Origin: Eukaryota sp. TZLM1-RC
Taxonomy: Eukaryota > Protista > Metamonada: BaSk clade
Direction of reading: 5' to 3'
NCBI GenBank assembly: GCA_040285825.1
Contig: JAUPSS010000004.1
Coordinates: 4,431,784 to 4,495,783 of the forward strand
Length of the DNA: 64,000 nucleotides
The position numbers and the translations under genes were made by a program. The notes under the pieces are model-generated. The model was not told the origin of the DNA. It did not search any database and worked only from the letters and a program-made list of their open reading frames with translations. How positions within the stretch are numbered: the first letter of the stretch is position 1; each line of letters opens with the position of its first letter. Shown in pieces: positions 1 through 10,795 of the stretch.

Positions 1-186
1 CTATGTTGTAAGAAGATTTAAATTATTCAACCAATTAGATTCATAGAACAATTGAGTAATAAATCACACTTAGGCAATGGTTTTGGGCACTCCACATTCA
101 GACATATTTTAGATGAGTTGGGGTGTAGAATATGCTGGACGACATTAAGGATGAGGAACGATGAATCAAAATCTCAGTTACCAACA

Positions 187-2079
187 ATGGCTGATACAAC
201 CATTAATGTCACATCTTCTAAAGATTCACCCTCTAAGACTACTCGTTCTGTGTCACTGATTCAGTTATGGAGACTCTATCCTCGTCACAAAGTTCTGCTA
301 TATCTCGGATCTATTCTCTGTTTTATTTCAGGTCTTGCTATGCCATTGTTTGCTCGTTTGTTTGGTGACATCTTCGAGGCGTTCACTCTTCCTTCTGACG
401 AAATTCGAGGTGAAGTTTTTGATCGTTGTATTCGCCTAGCCATCCTTGGTGTTGTTTTCTTCATCCTCAACTTTCCAGGTACAGCAATGCTTGGGTATCT
501 AGCCGAACATGTCCTCTACTCCATCAGAGTAAAGCTTTTTGGGTCTTTAATTGAAAAACCTAGTGCTTTTTTTGATAACCACCAATTGGGTACACTAGTA
601 AATAAGATTTCTGATGACTGTGCTATTGTACACAAGGGGGTTGGTGAAAAACCTGCCCAAGTTGTTTTTAATTTTGGTCAATTTTTGTTTGCCATGATTT
701 TGGCTTTTTACGAAAATTGGAGGGTCACTGGTGCCCTTCTTCTTCTCTCTCCTATACTCATCGTTACCGGGGCTATGGAGTCAAGAATGACTGAAATGGC
801 GGCCAAGAACCAATCAGATGTGAAGGGAAAGGCTTATTCCATCGTTCAGCAATCTTTAGATGGAATTACCACAGTCAAAAGTTACACTGCTAAGGAAGGA
901 ATGTTGAAAAAGTACCTCAAGGCTGCTGTTGTGCCTCTGAAACTAGGAATCAAAAAGTCCAAACTTGAAGGTTTCACTGTAGCCTCAATGTTTGGTTTAA
1001 TGATGCTTGTCTATGCAGGCTCTCTCTACATTAGTGGTGTTTTTATTGCCAATGGTACAGCCAGTGCTGGTGATGTTGCTGCTGTTTTCCTCTCGGTGAT
1101 GATGGGGATTATGGCCCTAGGAAACCTTGGTGGTTCATTAGGACCAATCGCAAAAGCAAAAGCAAGTGCAAGTAGTGTATACGAACTTATAGAAGCTCCA
1201 GCTGATGATCTCAACGAAAGCGGCATTATTAAAGAGTTGAAGGGTCATTTAAAGATTGAGAATGTCACTTTTAGGTACCCCACTAGGCAAGATGTGACTG
1301 TATTAAAGAACTTTTCTTTAGAAATTGAACCAAATACCACTGTAGCCTTTGTTGGAACCTCTGGAGGTGGTAAATCTACAAGTTTGTTGTAGTTAAATTT
1401 TAATCTTAGTTATTAATCTGTTGCAAAAGTTTTATGATCCAGAAGAAGGAAACGTTATTGTTGATGGAATTCCTTTGACTGATTTGAATCTAACTGCTTT
1501 TAGAAGGCAAGTTGCCCTTGTTGAGCAACATCCCAAGCTTTTTTCAGGAACTATTAAGGAGAATATTTTATTTGGCCTTTTCGGAACTGGTTTAGAATAT
1601 TCTCAGCCAGAATTGGAAAATAAAGTGATTGATGCTGCGAAAAAAGCCAATGCTTTTGATTTCATTACCTCCCTTCCCAATGGCTTTGATACTGAACTCA
1701 ATGAAGGGACCGAACTCAGTGGAGGCCAGTTACAAAGGATCTCCATTGCTAGAGCCTTGATTCGTGAACCAAAAGTTCTTTTACTTGATGAGTTTGTGTT
1801 TTGCTTTCTACTTATTCTAGACCAACTTCTGCTCTTGATTCCGAGTCTGAAAGGATGGTACAAGAAGTGTTGGAAGAAATGATGACTTCCCTGTCCTGTA
1901 CAATGATTATAATTGCTCATAGACTCTCCACTGTCAGAAATGCTGATAAGATTGCTGTCATTAATCGAGGGTTAATTGCAGAGGGTACCCATGAAGAGTT
2001 GTTAGCCAATTCGGAAGCATATCAAAAGTTAACTTCAAATCAACTTATTGGTTTTGCGAATAGCGAAGACTCTGAATAG
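187..2079 (+). CDS. ABCB (MDR/TAP-family) half transporter, TMD+NBD; join(187..1381,1410..1791,1821..2079)
   Basis: ABC_membrane-like hydrophobic N-half; Walker [11 protein letters not shown]-loop VEQHP, signature LSGGQ, H-loop IAHRLST. Removing two GT-AG mini-introns restores [15 protein letters not shown] and LLLDEPTSALD. Confidence 0.92.
1382..1409 (+). other. 28-nt spliceosomal intron (GTTTGT...TTAG)
   Basis: Contains an in-frame stop; removal rejoins Walker A to the NBD continuation in frame. Confidence 0.9.
1792..1820 (+). other. 29-nt spliceosomal intron (GTTTGT...CTAG)
   Basis: Removal restores Walker B/D-loop LDEPTSALD. Confidence 0.92.
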
Positions 2080-2384
2080 TTTTTTTTGGTTTCATTAAGT
2101 TTGTAATTATCTTTTTCTTAAATACAATCAGCAATGAAGAATTACTTTTCACTATTGAGTTGGAGTGGTCAAAAAGTTTTTAAATATTTATTGAACTACA
2201 ACACTTAGTAAAATTAAATCAGAACTAATGGGACGAAATTCATTGAACCATGATTTCCTCTACAAAATCATGATCTGCGTGCTTTCTCGCTATTGCTTCA
2301 GTTAATTGAAGAAAAAACCGAAGTAATCTATTAATAATCGCAAATTGAATTCATGATCCCCACAAAAGCACATCAAGATATGTG

Positions 2385-2810
2385 TGTAATGATTCTTTTA
2401 TACCAATGGCTCAATCAAAATATAGGGACCCCTAACGGTTTCCGAAAAAGCCAAAATTGACAAATATACAGCAAAATTGTTATCTTTGAATGCAGAATCA
2501 CATACTCATTATGTCCTCTGTCCATTTGCAGTTTCCCTTCATGGCACGCTTGGACCTCTTGCTTTATCTTTCTTGGATGATTTTGTTGAAATTGTGAAAC
2601 AACGTACTGGAAGAGTTTTTGGCAAAACTCTTTGGGTATTTTCAATTTTCAAAGGTGTTGTTCCCTTATTGTCTTCAGCTTTGTTGTCTCTTGGACGCTT
2701 TTATGAAAGAAAAACCTCCAGTCAATTCTTCTTGGCTGATTTGGGTTATGAAGATTTAGAATTTTGACCTTGTCGTATAGTTTGCTTATTTATTGAAATA
2801 AATATAAATA
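2385..2810 (+). mobile_element. 3' fragment of RLE-type (CRE-like) non-LTR retrotransposon, family A
   Basis: Near-identical to 38890-39330 and similar to 22750-23230 (YVLCPFAVSLHG..G...DLGYEDLEF*). Confidence 0.75.
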
Positions 2811-3167
2811 TATTAAAATTCCCTTAAAAATAGAAAATACAATTTTTTTGTTTTGCCAGTAAACACAATCGAAAATTCCTCCAGTCCTTTTTTACAACTA
2901 CATAGAAATTTTCAACGAGAGCCAAAGCAGCTTTACCTAAAGATCCCAGCTATCTTCAAGGGAATGGTGTCATTGATTTTTGTCATTGGTTTTCTTTTTT
3001 TGGTAAGTTTTCTGAATCTTTAGTACTTGACTGTTTTGATGTAGGGGATGCAGATTTTCAGGATGTGGGGCTTTAGTTGTGTATTTGGTGATCCTTGGTC
3101 AATAAATATGGAGAAAAAATAATTCAGTTACACTAACTAGACTACTTCACAATTGAAGCTTCAATAT

Positions 3168-4341
3168 CATATCTTGATGTGCTTTTGTGGGGATCATGAA
3201 TTCAATTTGCGATTATTAATAGATTACTTCGGTTTTTTCTTCAATTAACTGAAGCAATAGCGAGAAAGCACGCAGATCATGATTTTGTAGAGGAAATCAT
3301 GGTTCAATGAATTTCGTCCCATTAGTTCTGATTTAATTTTACTAAGTGTTGTAGTTCAATAAATATTTAAAAACTTTTTGACCACTCCAACTCAATAGTG
3401 AAAAGTAATTCTTCATTGCTGATTGTATTTAAGAAAAAGATAATTACAAACTTAATGAAACCAAAAAAAACTATTCAGAGTCTTCGCTATTCGCAAAACC
3501 AATAAGTTGATTTGAAGTTAACTTTTGATATGCTTCCGAATTGGCTAACAACTCTTCATGGGTACCCTCTGCAATTAACCCTCGATTAATGACAGCAATC
3601 TTATCAGCATTTCTGACAGTGGAGAGTCTATGAGCAATTATAATCATTGTACAGGACAGGGAAGTCATCATTTCTTCCAACACTTCTTGTACCATCCTTT
3701 CAGACTCGGAATCAAGAGCAGAAGTTGGTCTAGAATAAGTAGAAAGCAAAACACAAACTCATCAAGTAAAAAGAACTTTTGGTTCACGAATCAAGGCTCT
3801 AGCAATGGAGATCCTTTGTAACTGGCCTCCACTGAGTTCGGTCCCTTCATTGAGTTCAGTATCAAAGCCATTGGGAAGGGAGGTAATGAAATCAAAGCAT
3901 TGGCTTTTTCGCAGCATCAATCACTTTATTTTCCAATTCTGGCTGAGAATATTCTAAACCAGTTCCGAAAAGGCCAAATAAAATATTCTCCTTAATAGTT
4001 CCTGAAAAAAGCTTGGGATGTTGCTCAACAAGGGCAACTTGCCTTCTAAAAGCAGTTAGATTCAAATCAGTCAAAGGAATTCCATCAACAATAACGTTTC
4101 CTTCTTCTGGATCATAAAACTTTTGCAACAGATTAATAACTAAGATTAAAATTTAACTACAACAAACTTGTAGATTTACCACCTCCAGAGGTTCCAACAA
4201 AGGCTACAGTGGTATTTGGTTCAATTTCCAAAGAAAAGTTCTTTAATACAGTCACATCTTGCCTAGTGGGGTACCTAAAAGTGACATTCTCAATCTTTAA
4301 ATGACCCTTCAACTCTTTAATAATGCCGCTTTCGTTGAGAT
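3168..4341. repeat. Right arm of ~1.17 kb inverted repeat
   Basis: Reverse complement of 1208..2382 with a few homopolymer indels and rare substitutions; spacer of 785 bp. Confidence 0.93.
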
Positions 4342-5347
4342 AGTCTCCTTCTTGATTAACTCTTTCCATAAAGCTTTGAGCCGCGCCCTTAGCCTTTACA
4401 ATATCAGGAAGCTGGGCAGAAGAAAGGGAAATACCCATTATAGCAAACATCACGCTGAAGAAGGCACTAAGGACTTCACCAGGACCAACAACACCTCTAG
4501 CAACGTAAATACCAGAGATGTAGAGAGCAACGGCATAGGTAAGAAACATAAGGGCGTACATGGAACTCATCATTCGTGATTCAACTCTTGATCTTTTTAC
4601 CCCAGCTTTAAAGGGTTTCTTAGCAAATTCAGAAAACTTTCTAATAATCAGAGATTCACCAGAAAAAGCTTTAATTGTCCTTATTGCTGAAAAGGATTGT
4701 TGTGAAAGTGCATTTGTTTCCTTCTTAATACCAGATTCTTTTTTAGATGCCGAATACATCAATTTGTATTCGATAATACTAGAAATGATCATTAAAGGGG
4801 TTATAGCGAGCAAACCAAGAGTAACTTGCCAAGAGTTGTAAAAAGCAACTGCCATACCAAAAACGAACTGAACTCCAAAGGAAAGCACCATTGGAATCTT
4901 GTCGACCAACCCTTCAAGCATTGTGTTTCCCTGTTCAGCCATCTGAGCTACCAACTCAACAGGACTGTTTTCGTCAAAGAAAGCCAATGGTTGGTTCATC
5001 ATGGAAGAGAAGAACTTGTGACGAAGTTCATGAATGGCTTTGTGTGAGATGTTAGCGAACAAACATGTGGAGGAGTAAAGTGTAATAAACCAAAAGACTC
5101 CGATTGCACACATAAGGATGGCCTTTGATAACAGTTCAGACTTAATTTCATCTGAGGGAAGAAGAAAAACGTCAAAGAAGTCACCCATAACTTGAGCGAA
5201 CAAAGGAAAACCAGATCCAGCAAGAAGGCCAAGAACGATGCCGCCAAGTAATCGCTTCTTGTAATTGGGTGCATATGCCCATATTTGGTGCAACGAAATA
5301 TCTGGTGAAATGCTATCAGAAGCAGAGGGAAGGAGATCTGCTGACAT
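3471..5347 (-). CDS. Second ABCB half transporter (introns 4140..4167 and 3730..3758); NBD frameshifted as assembled
   Basis: Divergent TMD fused to an NBD essentially identical to gene 1. Three single-base homopolymer indels (~3770, ~3895, ~3907) break the frame, so this is either sequencing error or a young pseudogene. Confidence 0.82.
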
Positions 5348-5419
5348 CGGTTAGTAGCACAAAAATATCAAATAGTGGCAACCTGATGAGATGTGAAGGA
5401 TATTTTTTTTAACTGGAAC

Positions 5420-5857
5420 TTTAATTGAGATAAAAAAACCCATCTAGAATTCATTATCCTCCAAACAAGCGTCACTATTACTGAACCTACTCACAGCATT
5501 ACGTTCATATTCTACACCAATAGCTAAAAGTGCCTTTGAAATCATTGTTGGAATAGACTTGAAAATGCAAAAAACAATTCTATTTAACCAGAAAGTGGAA
5601 TTCATTGTTTTACCAGACCTATTCAGTAACACTTTTTGGAAATTTTCAAAAAAGTGCAACCCTGAAGGTCCAATATTGCCAAAAAGAGAAATTGCAAACG
5701 GCACAAACTGATATTTCACATGTTCCACTCTACCTAACTGTGCCAAAGGTTCTTCATATTTTTTATCTTCTATTTTTCGGCGTTAGATAACGGCGAATCA
5801 GCGGAATACACTAAACGAGCAGCAGAATTTTTGCAAACATCAACTGAGACAACATCT
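5420..5857 (-). mobile_element. 3' part of CRE-like non-LTR retrotransposon (family D), split by the Gypsy insertion
   Basis: RLE C-terminus (FVPFAISLFGNIG...FWLNRIVFCIFK); joins 12074 across the ATCT TSD; an uninterrupted homolog lies at ~23440-23815. Confidence 0.8.
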
Positions 5858-6011
5858 TGATGGTCTTGGCTGTTGGTTATTGTCTGACATACAATGTGGA
5901 GTAACAGAAGTGTAATTTATTACGAAGAGGAATTGTATTCTCTCTTCTTAAGCTAACAGGCGGAATACTAATAACTAAACTATTAACTATAAATACTATT
6001 CAAGACGAACA
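5858..6011 (-). repeat. 3' LTR (154 bp)
   Basis: Direct repeat of 11920..12073; contains the integrase stop codon (6000-6002). Confidence 0.93.
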
Positions 6012-7490
6012 CTGCCTTTTCCTCTCATTCGAGCGACGAGCCCTAGAAGCTCTAGTCACAGGAGGTGAACTAATAGAATTATTACGCTTCTTGGGAGGAG
6101 CGGATTTAGTACGGCGACGTGCTTTTGAAGTCTTGATAAAGTCTTTATACGCGGCAGTATTTTGGACTGTAGACACATGCTCAGTGGTGATCTCTTTTCC
6201 CGGCCATTGCACTTGGCAAAAGTCACCTTCCTGACTGAGCACTTTTTCAATGATGTGTTCTTCGACATCACCTGCAGCGACCCAGGAGTGGAACTCATCG
6301 TTGGTGGGCAAGCTGGAGTGCCAGGGAGCTAAGTGTTTGACCCTAGCTTGGACAATCGTACCTGTGCAGAGATTCTTAATATTCACAGACGAATTGGATA
6401 CGATTTCAGTAATTAGGAAGGGTCCTAAATAGTCTCCATGAAGCTTAGCGGAAGAGCCAGATGCTCCCAATACCAATTGACCAACTTCAAAAGGGTTTGG
6501 AGTTGACGATCTAGCTAGCTTGGAAGCTTTGGAAGCTTGATGGTGTGCTGCCTTTTCCTGTTTCTCTTTCAATCTTCGAAATTTAGATTGAATTTCTTGA
6601 ATAAAAGATGACTCAGACGTCGAGCTTTCAATGATTTCAAGAATTTTGCCAGGGTCTGATCTGGGAGACACATCTGAGCCAAAGATCACTTGGTATGGGG
6701 TGTGGTTGGTTATTGAGCTCTTGGAAGAGTTGATCAATAATTGCACATAAGGCAAGTATTCAGACCACACATCGTAGGCATTGAAGTCTACGAGCAATTT
6801 CCGTAGGTTTTGCAGGATGTCTCTGTGTCGGCGCTCTACCAGGCCGTTGGACGGAGAAAACCTAGGTTTTGACTTTGACACCTCTATGCCCAAAAATTTG
6901 CTTAATTCGTCAAAGACAGCCTTGGAAAATTCGGGTCCATTATCGCTGTGGATTTGAAATGGAATACCAAAGATGGCACAGACTTTCCAAATTAATGCAT
7001 CTGCAGTAAGATTGGCATTTATCTCTTTTAAAGGCACGATGATCGTGAACCTAGAGAAGCTGTCAATAAATACGAGGATGTATTTGTAGCCTTCTTGATC
7101 TTCTGGAAGAGGACCAATAACGTCGGCGTTGACGCGAGCAAAGGGTCTGTCAGCCCACAATGAACCGGTTGGGGGAACATGCAGTTTGGAAACTGGCTTA
7201 GTTTTCTGACAGGAGGGGCATTCTTGGACGTGCTTATTCATGTCGGTGAGCATGTTTGGCCACCAATAATCGCTGTTCCTGAGCTTGTTCAGGCTTTTAG
7301 TTTTGCTTGGATGACCTCCTTGCAGAAGTCCATGCAACAAGTTAAGGGTGTCCTTAATGAGTGATTTGGGAATCACTATCTTGTTGTCGTGAGTCATATA
7401 TAAATCAAGATGATTGTTATGAACACAGTTGTTGAAAGAGGGGTCTTTGGAAGCTATGGCAAGCTTCTGCTCGGACCTAATCCTACAGAT
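6000..7490 (-). CDS. Gypsy integrase (HHCC, DDE, GPF, chromodomain-like C-terminus)
   Basis: HGLLQGGH...CPSC, ADVIGPL, SDNGPEF, NGLVERRH, YLGPFLI, EEHIIEKVL...VQW. In frame with pol across a single TAA at 7491-7493. Confidence 0.9.
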   Translation of the reverse strand: MCRIRSEQKLAIASKDPSFNNCVHNNHLDLYMTHDNKIVIPKSLIKDTLNLLHGLLQGGHPSKTKSLNKLRNSDYWWPNMLTDMNKHVQECPSCQKTKPVSKLHVPPTGSLWADRPFARVNADVIGPLPEDQEGYKYILVFIDSFSRFTIIVPLKEINANLTADALIWKVCAIFGIPFQIHSDNGPEFSKAVFDELSKFLGIEVSKSKPRFSPSNGLVERRHRDILQNLRKLLVDFNAYDVWSEYLPYVQLLINSSKSSITNHTPYQVIFGSDVSPRSDPGKILEIIESSTSESSFIQEIQSKFRRLKEKQEKAAHHQASKASKLARSSTPNPFEVGQLVLGASGSSAKLHGDYLGPFLITEIVSNSSVNIKNLCTGTIVQARVKHLAPWHSSLPTNDEFHSWVAAGDVEEHIIEKVLSQEGDFCQVQWPGKEITTEHVSTVQNTAAYKDFIKTSKARRRTKSAPPKKRNNSISSPPVTRASRARRSNERKRQCSS

Positions 7491-10025
7491 TTATGGCTCG
7501 AAAATAGGCAGGTCGTTGGAACATCGTTCTCTGATGACCATGATACGTTCGAAGTTGTTTAAGTCTTCGATGTAGTATCTTTCATTTTCTGTTCCATCAA
7601 TTTTATCAATGTAAAATATTGGATGAAAATTTGGAGGCATTTGATGGGACAAATGATTGATCTCTTGATGGTCTATAGGCGGAACTATTCGAGACAACAT
7701 ATCAGCCCAGAAGTTATCTTCCCCTTTGGTATGTACCAAATCAAAGCAGAATTCAGAGAATATGGGTAACCATCTTGTTACAATTCTGTTCTTCTCAGGA
7801 GCCGTGAACATGTAGGTAAGGTTTTGATGGTCTGTGAATATAACCAGTTTCCTTCCTTTCAAGTAGTTTTCAAAACCACTTTGAGTTAACATGAGTAGGA
7901 TAGCATAGAGTTCCTTTTGGTTTGTCGGCCAGTTCTTTTGCGAGTTGGTTAACAGCCGGCTGAAGAAGCTGATAGGCCTACATTTCCTGTTGATCAGGGG
8001 GGTACCGGGGTCGTCGACTTGTTCGATTTGTTCCCATATGACGCCGCCTACAGCTATGTCGGACGCATCGCAACTAATTAAAATTTGGTTTTCCAGCGGA
8101 GGTAAGCTGAGCGGCATGTGCTTCGCTATCAGTTGTTTGATCTTCTGAAGGAGTCCGTCGTGCATGTCGGTCCATTGAAGGCGTTGCGCACGGGGTTTGG
8201 GTTTAACTTTGGAGTTATTTCCATCCTTCTTAGTCAATCTGATGATAGGAGCGATGAGCTCAGATACCTGAGGAAGCCATTCTCTAATGAAGTTGACTGA
8301 TCCTACGAGGCTGTGGACGTCTTTAAATGTCTTTGGTCTAGGTAGATTCAACAAAGATTCAACGCGAGTGGGATCGATAGTCCGTTGCTTGTTTTGGAAA
8401 ACACTGCCCAGTATTTTGATTGGGTGTCTGGAAGACACGAAATGGCACTTTGGAAGTCCCAAAGAAACTCTTGTGCATCTGGCTTGATCAAGGACGCGAC
8501 GGAGGCGTTCAATGAATTCGTCAAAGGTTGAACCTATGATTATGATGTCATCTATGTAAATGAAGGCACCGTCTCCAGAGAAGATGTCAGCCATGACGTT
8601 TTGGAAAACGGCTGGGACATTCTTTAGGCCAAAAGCTGCACGTTTGAACATGATGCTTTTGCCGGGAATGCTCAGGGCTGTTTTCTGCCAGTCCTTTTCA
8701 GCAATCTTGAGTTGCCAAAAGGCTTTGGGGAGGTCAAGGGTGCCTATGTAGTTCGCTTGGGAGAGAAATACCAGCACATCGGAGATCCTTGGAAGGTTGG
8801 GCTCAACAGGAATGGTGTTGGCGTTGACTCCGTATTTGCCACTATAGTCACCGGTAAGGCGGGGCTTACGGTGATCTGGGTAGACCACTAGACAGACAGG
8901 GGAGCTGAACTCATGGTTCGATGGGACAGCAAATCCTGAGTCTACGAGTTCGTCGAAAATTTGGTTAGCGACCTCTAGCCTGGCTGGATTCAGGGTCCTG
9001 GGGGGTCTTCTAACTCTGACGTCTTCGTTGTAGAAGTTGATTTCCATGGGAGGGCAATCAATACCTTCAGCATGAGGCTTGAGGGTAAATACGTCTTCGA
9101 ACTCTTTCAAAGTTTGAAGTAGGGACTTCTTGAAATGGTCGTTGTCGAGGTTGATGGTACAACCAGATGAGTTGATGTGTTCCAACCAGCGTGTGGAAAC
9201 GTTGACGACTTCTGAAGCTTGCGATATTCGATTGTCGAATTCGGCTTCAGGTAATAGTAATGTTCGACAGGCGTCGTCCATTCTAATATAAATGTCCTTG
9301 TTGTTCATCAGCCCAAGGTGGCTCAACAAGTCAGCACCAATGAGAATGGTCTCATGTCCAGGAACGATGCTGAACTTGTGTTTCACGTGTACAATCTGGG
9401 TAACACTACCTAGTCTAATGCTAAGGGTTCCAGAAGCAGTACCAAGGGACTGTGAGGTAGTTCCATCAGCAATCTTGTATGAAATGGTTTCGTTGGAACG
9501 TGCCATGTTACAATTACTGATGACGTCTTCCGTGACTACTGAGCATGTTGCACCAGAGTCGATTATGCCTTTAACTTCGACATTGTTGATCAAGAAGTTT
9601 AATTGTAGGCAGTTGTGATTCATGGATTGTACCATAAAAATTGTGTCAGAATCATGTCCATGTAGGTCGGCTTGTTCTGAGAAGAAGTTAGCCTGACTGT
9701 TGGGTATCTTGGTAGGTTCCAAGTTTGCAAGCGGATTGATAAGAGAATCTTTCCATGCTGAACTTTCTGTATGTGGTTGTGTTGTTGTTGTAGGGGGTAT
9801 GGTTTCTGAAGTACATAAATAGTGACGGGAACGTTTATTGTAAGAAGAGCCTCTGCCTCTGGCGCGAGTACCTCTTCGACTACGGAAACCAGAACCTCTA
9901 GAACTTCTACCTCGAGCTTGTTGTTGAGCTTGTTGCTCTCTCCATTTCTTGCTCCTTTGGCAGTCTTCACTGGGGCACCTTTCCGGTCGGATGGCCCTTT
10001 TGCTTACAGAAGTTGCATTGGACAT
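7491..10025 (-). CDS. Gypsy pol: aspartic protease, reverse transcriptase, RNase H
   Basis: IIDSGAT protease, LDLPKAFWQ, FGLKNVPAVFQ, YIDDII, SCDASD, NQKELYAI, FTDHQNL, ADMLSR. Confidence 0.95.
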   Translation of the reverse strand: MSNATSVSKRAIRPERCPSEDCQRSKKWREQQAQQQARGRSSRGSGFRSRRGTRARGRGSSYNKRSRHYLCTSETIPPTTTTQPHTESSAWKDSLINPLANLEPTKIPNSQANFFSEQADLHGHDSDTIFMVQSMNHNCLQLNFLINNVEVKGIIDSGATCSVVTEDVISNCNMARSNETISYKIADGTTSQSLGTASGTLSIRLGSVTQIVHVKHKFSIVPGHETILIGADLLSHLGLMNNKDIYIRMDDACRTLLLPEAEFDNRISQASEVVNVSTRWLEHINSSGCTINLDNDHFKKSLLQTLKEFEDVFTLKPHAEGIDCPPMEINFYNEDVRVRRPPRTLNPARLEVANQIFDELVDSGFAVPSNHEFSSPVCLVVYPDHRKPRLTGDYSGKYGVNANTIPVEPNLPRISDVLVFLSQANYIGTLDLPKAFWQLKIAEKDWQKTALSIPGKSIMFKRAAFGLKNVPAVFQNVMADIFSGDGAFIYIDDIIIIGSTFDEFIERLRRVLDQARCTRVSLGLPKCHFVSSRHPIKILGSVFQNKQRTIDPTRVESLLNLPRPKTFKDVHSLVGSVNFIREWLPQVSELIAPIIRLTKKDGNNSKVKPKPRAQRLQWTDMHDGLLQKIKQLIAKHMPLSLPPLENQILISCDASDIAVGGVIWEQIEQVDDPGTPLINRKCRPISFFSRLLTNSQKNWPTNQKELYAILLMLTQSGFENYLKGRKLVIFTDHQNLTYMFTAPEKNRIVTRWLPIFSEFCFDLVHTKGEDNFWADMLSRIVPPIDHQEINHLSHQMPPNFHPIFYIDKIDGTENERYYIEDLNNFERIMVIRERCSNDLPIFEP

Positions 10026-10795
10026 CAGCGGCCTGGGAAGACGATTGTGGTAGGCTTCCTCCTCTCTTACTTTGTTTTGGGCGTTTACCTGGACCAGAAC
10101 CTCGTGGTCTGGGGATGTCAGGTGGGGAGGGAACGACCATGGGAGGTCGGCGAGAGGCCTGCTGATGAGTTAATTGGTTCTGATAGGTGAAATCGACATG
10201 GTTCAGTTGTTCCATGAACGATCTGGCGTTACAGAAATTCTCGTATTCAATTTGAAGAACACTAAAGAATTCGCCAAGGGTGTGCCCATCGCATGAGTAG
10301 TGGGAGGGAGAGGACCAGATCCTGAGGAGTCTGTCTCTGATAGGGATAATTCCTACGCTTTCTAGGACATGAGTAGCAACTACCCAGTCTGGAAGTCTAT
10401 CAGCTGGAGGAGTGGAGCTTATGGAGAATGTTCTCAATTGTTGAGAGATGCCCCTAAACTCTTGGATGGCGGTGGAACATTAATTAATAATCTCTGTCGA
10501 TAAGGATATCGAGAGATGCATTGTACCCAGGGCTGAACCTAGGGTATGGACAAGGGTTATGAACATTTAAGAAGAGGTTGTCTTCATCTCCAGCGAAGCG
10601 TCTGAAAACTCCTTCTCGAGTAGTTCTCATGAACCTAACTCCGGGTCTTGGGTCGTAAGTAGGTTCTGGGTCATTCCTAGAGGTTTCTGGGGTGATCCTT
10701 TCGTCGGTAAGAAATGGACCTATTCTGGGAGAGATCCATAATCCTAAGTCGTTTTCGACTTTGGGACCGTAGAAAGGAGGACGTTTGTTGCTCAT
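9967..10795 (-). CDS. Gag-like region (interrupted) ending in a CCHC zinc knuckle
   Basis: CNFCKQKGH is completed by RPERC in the pol frame (1-nt offset near 9990); a further break lies near 10480. Confidence 0.65.

Larger units (their letters stand above)
1208..2382. repeat. Left arm of ~1.17 kb near-perfect inverted repeat (partner 3168..4341)
   Basis: Reverse complement matches 3168..4341 across NBD exons, both introns, 3' UTR and a retroelement scrap. Confidence 0.93.

Noticed and set aside
52-186. N-terminal extension of the ABC ORF from TTG at 52
   Set aside because: Non-ATG start in a eukaryote. ATG 187 gives a length matching the paralog's N-terminus.
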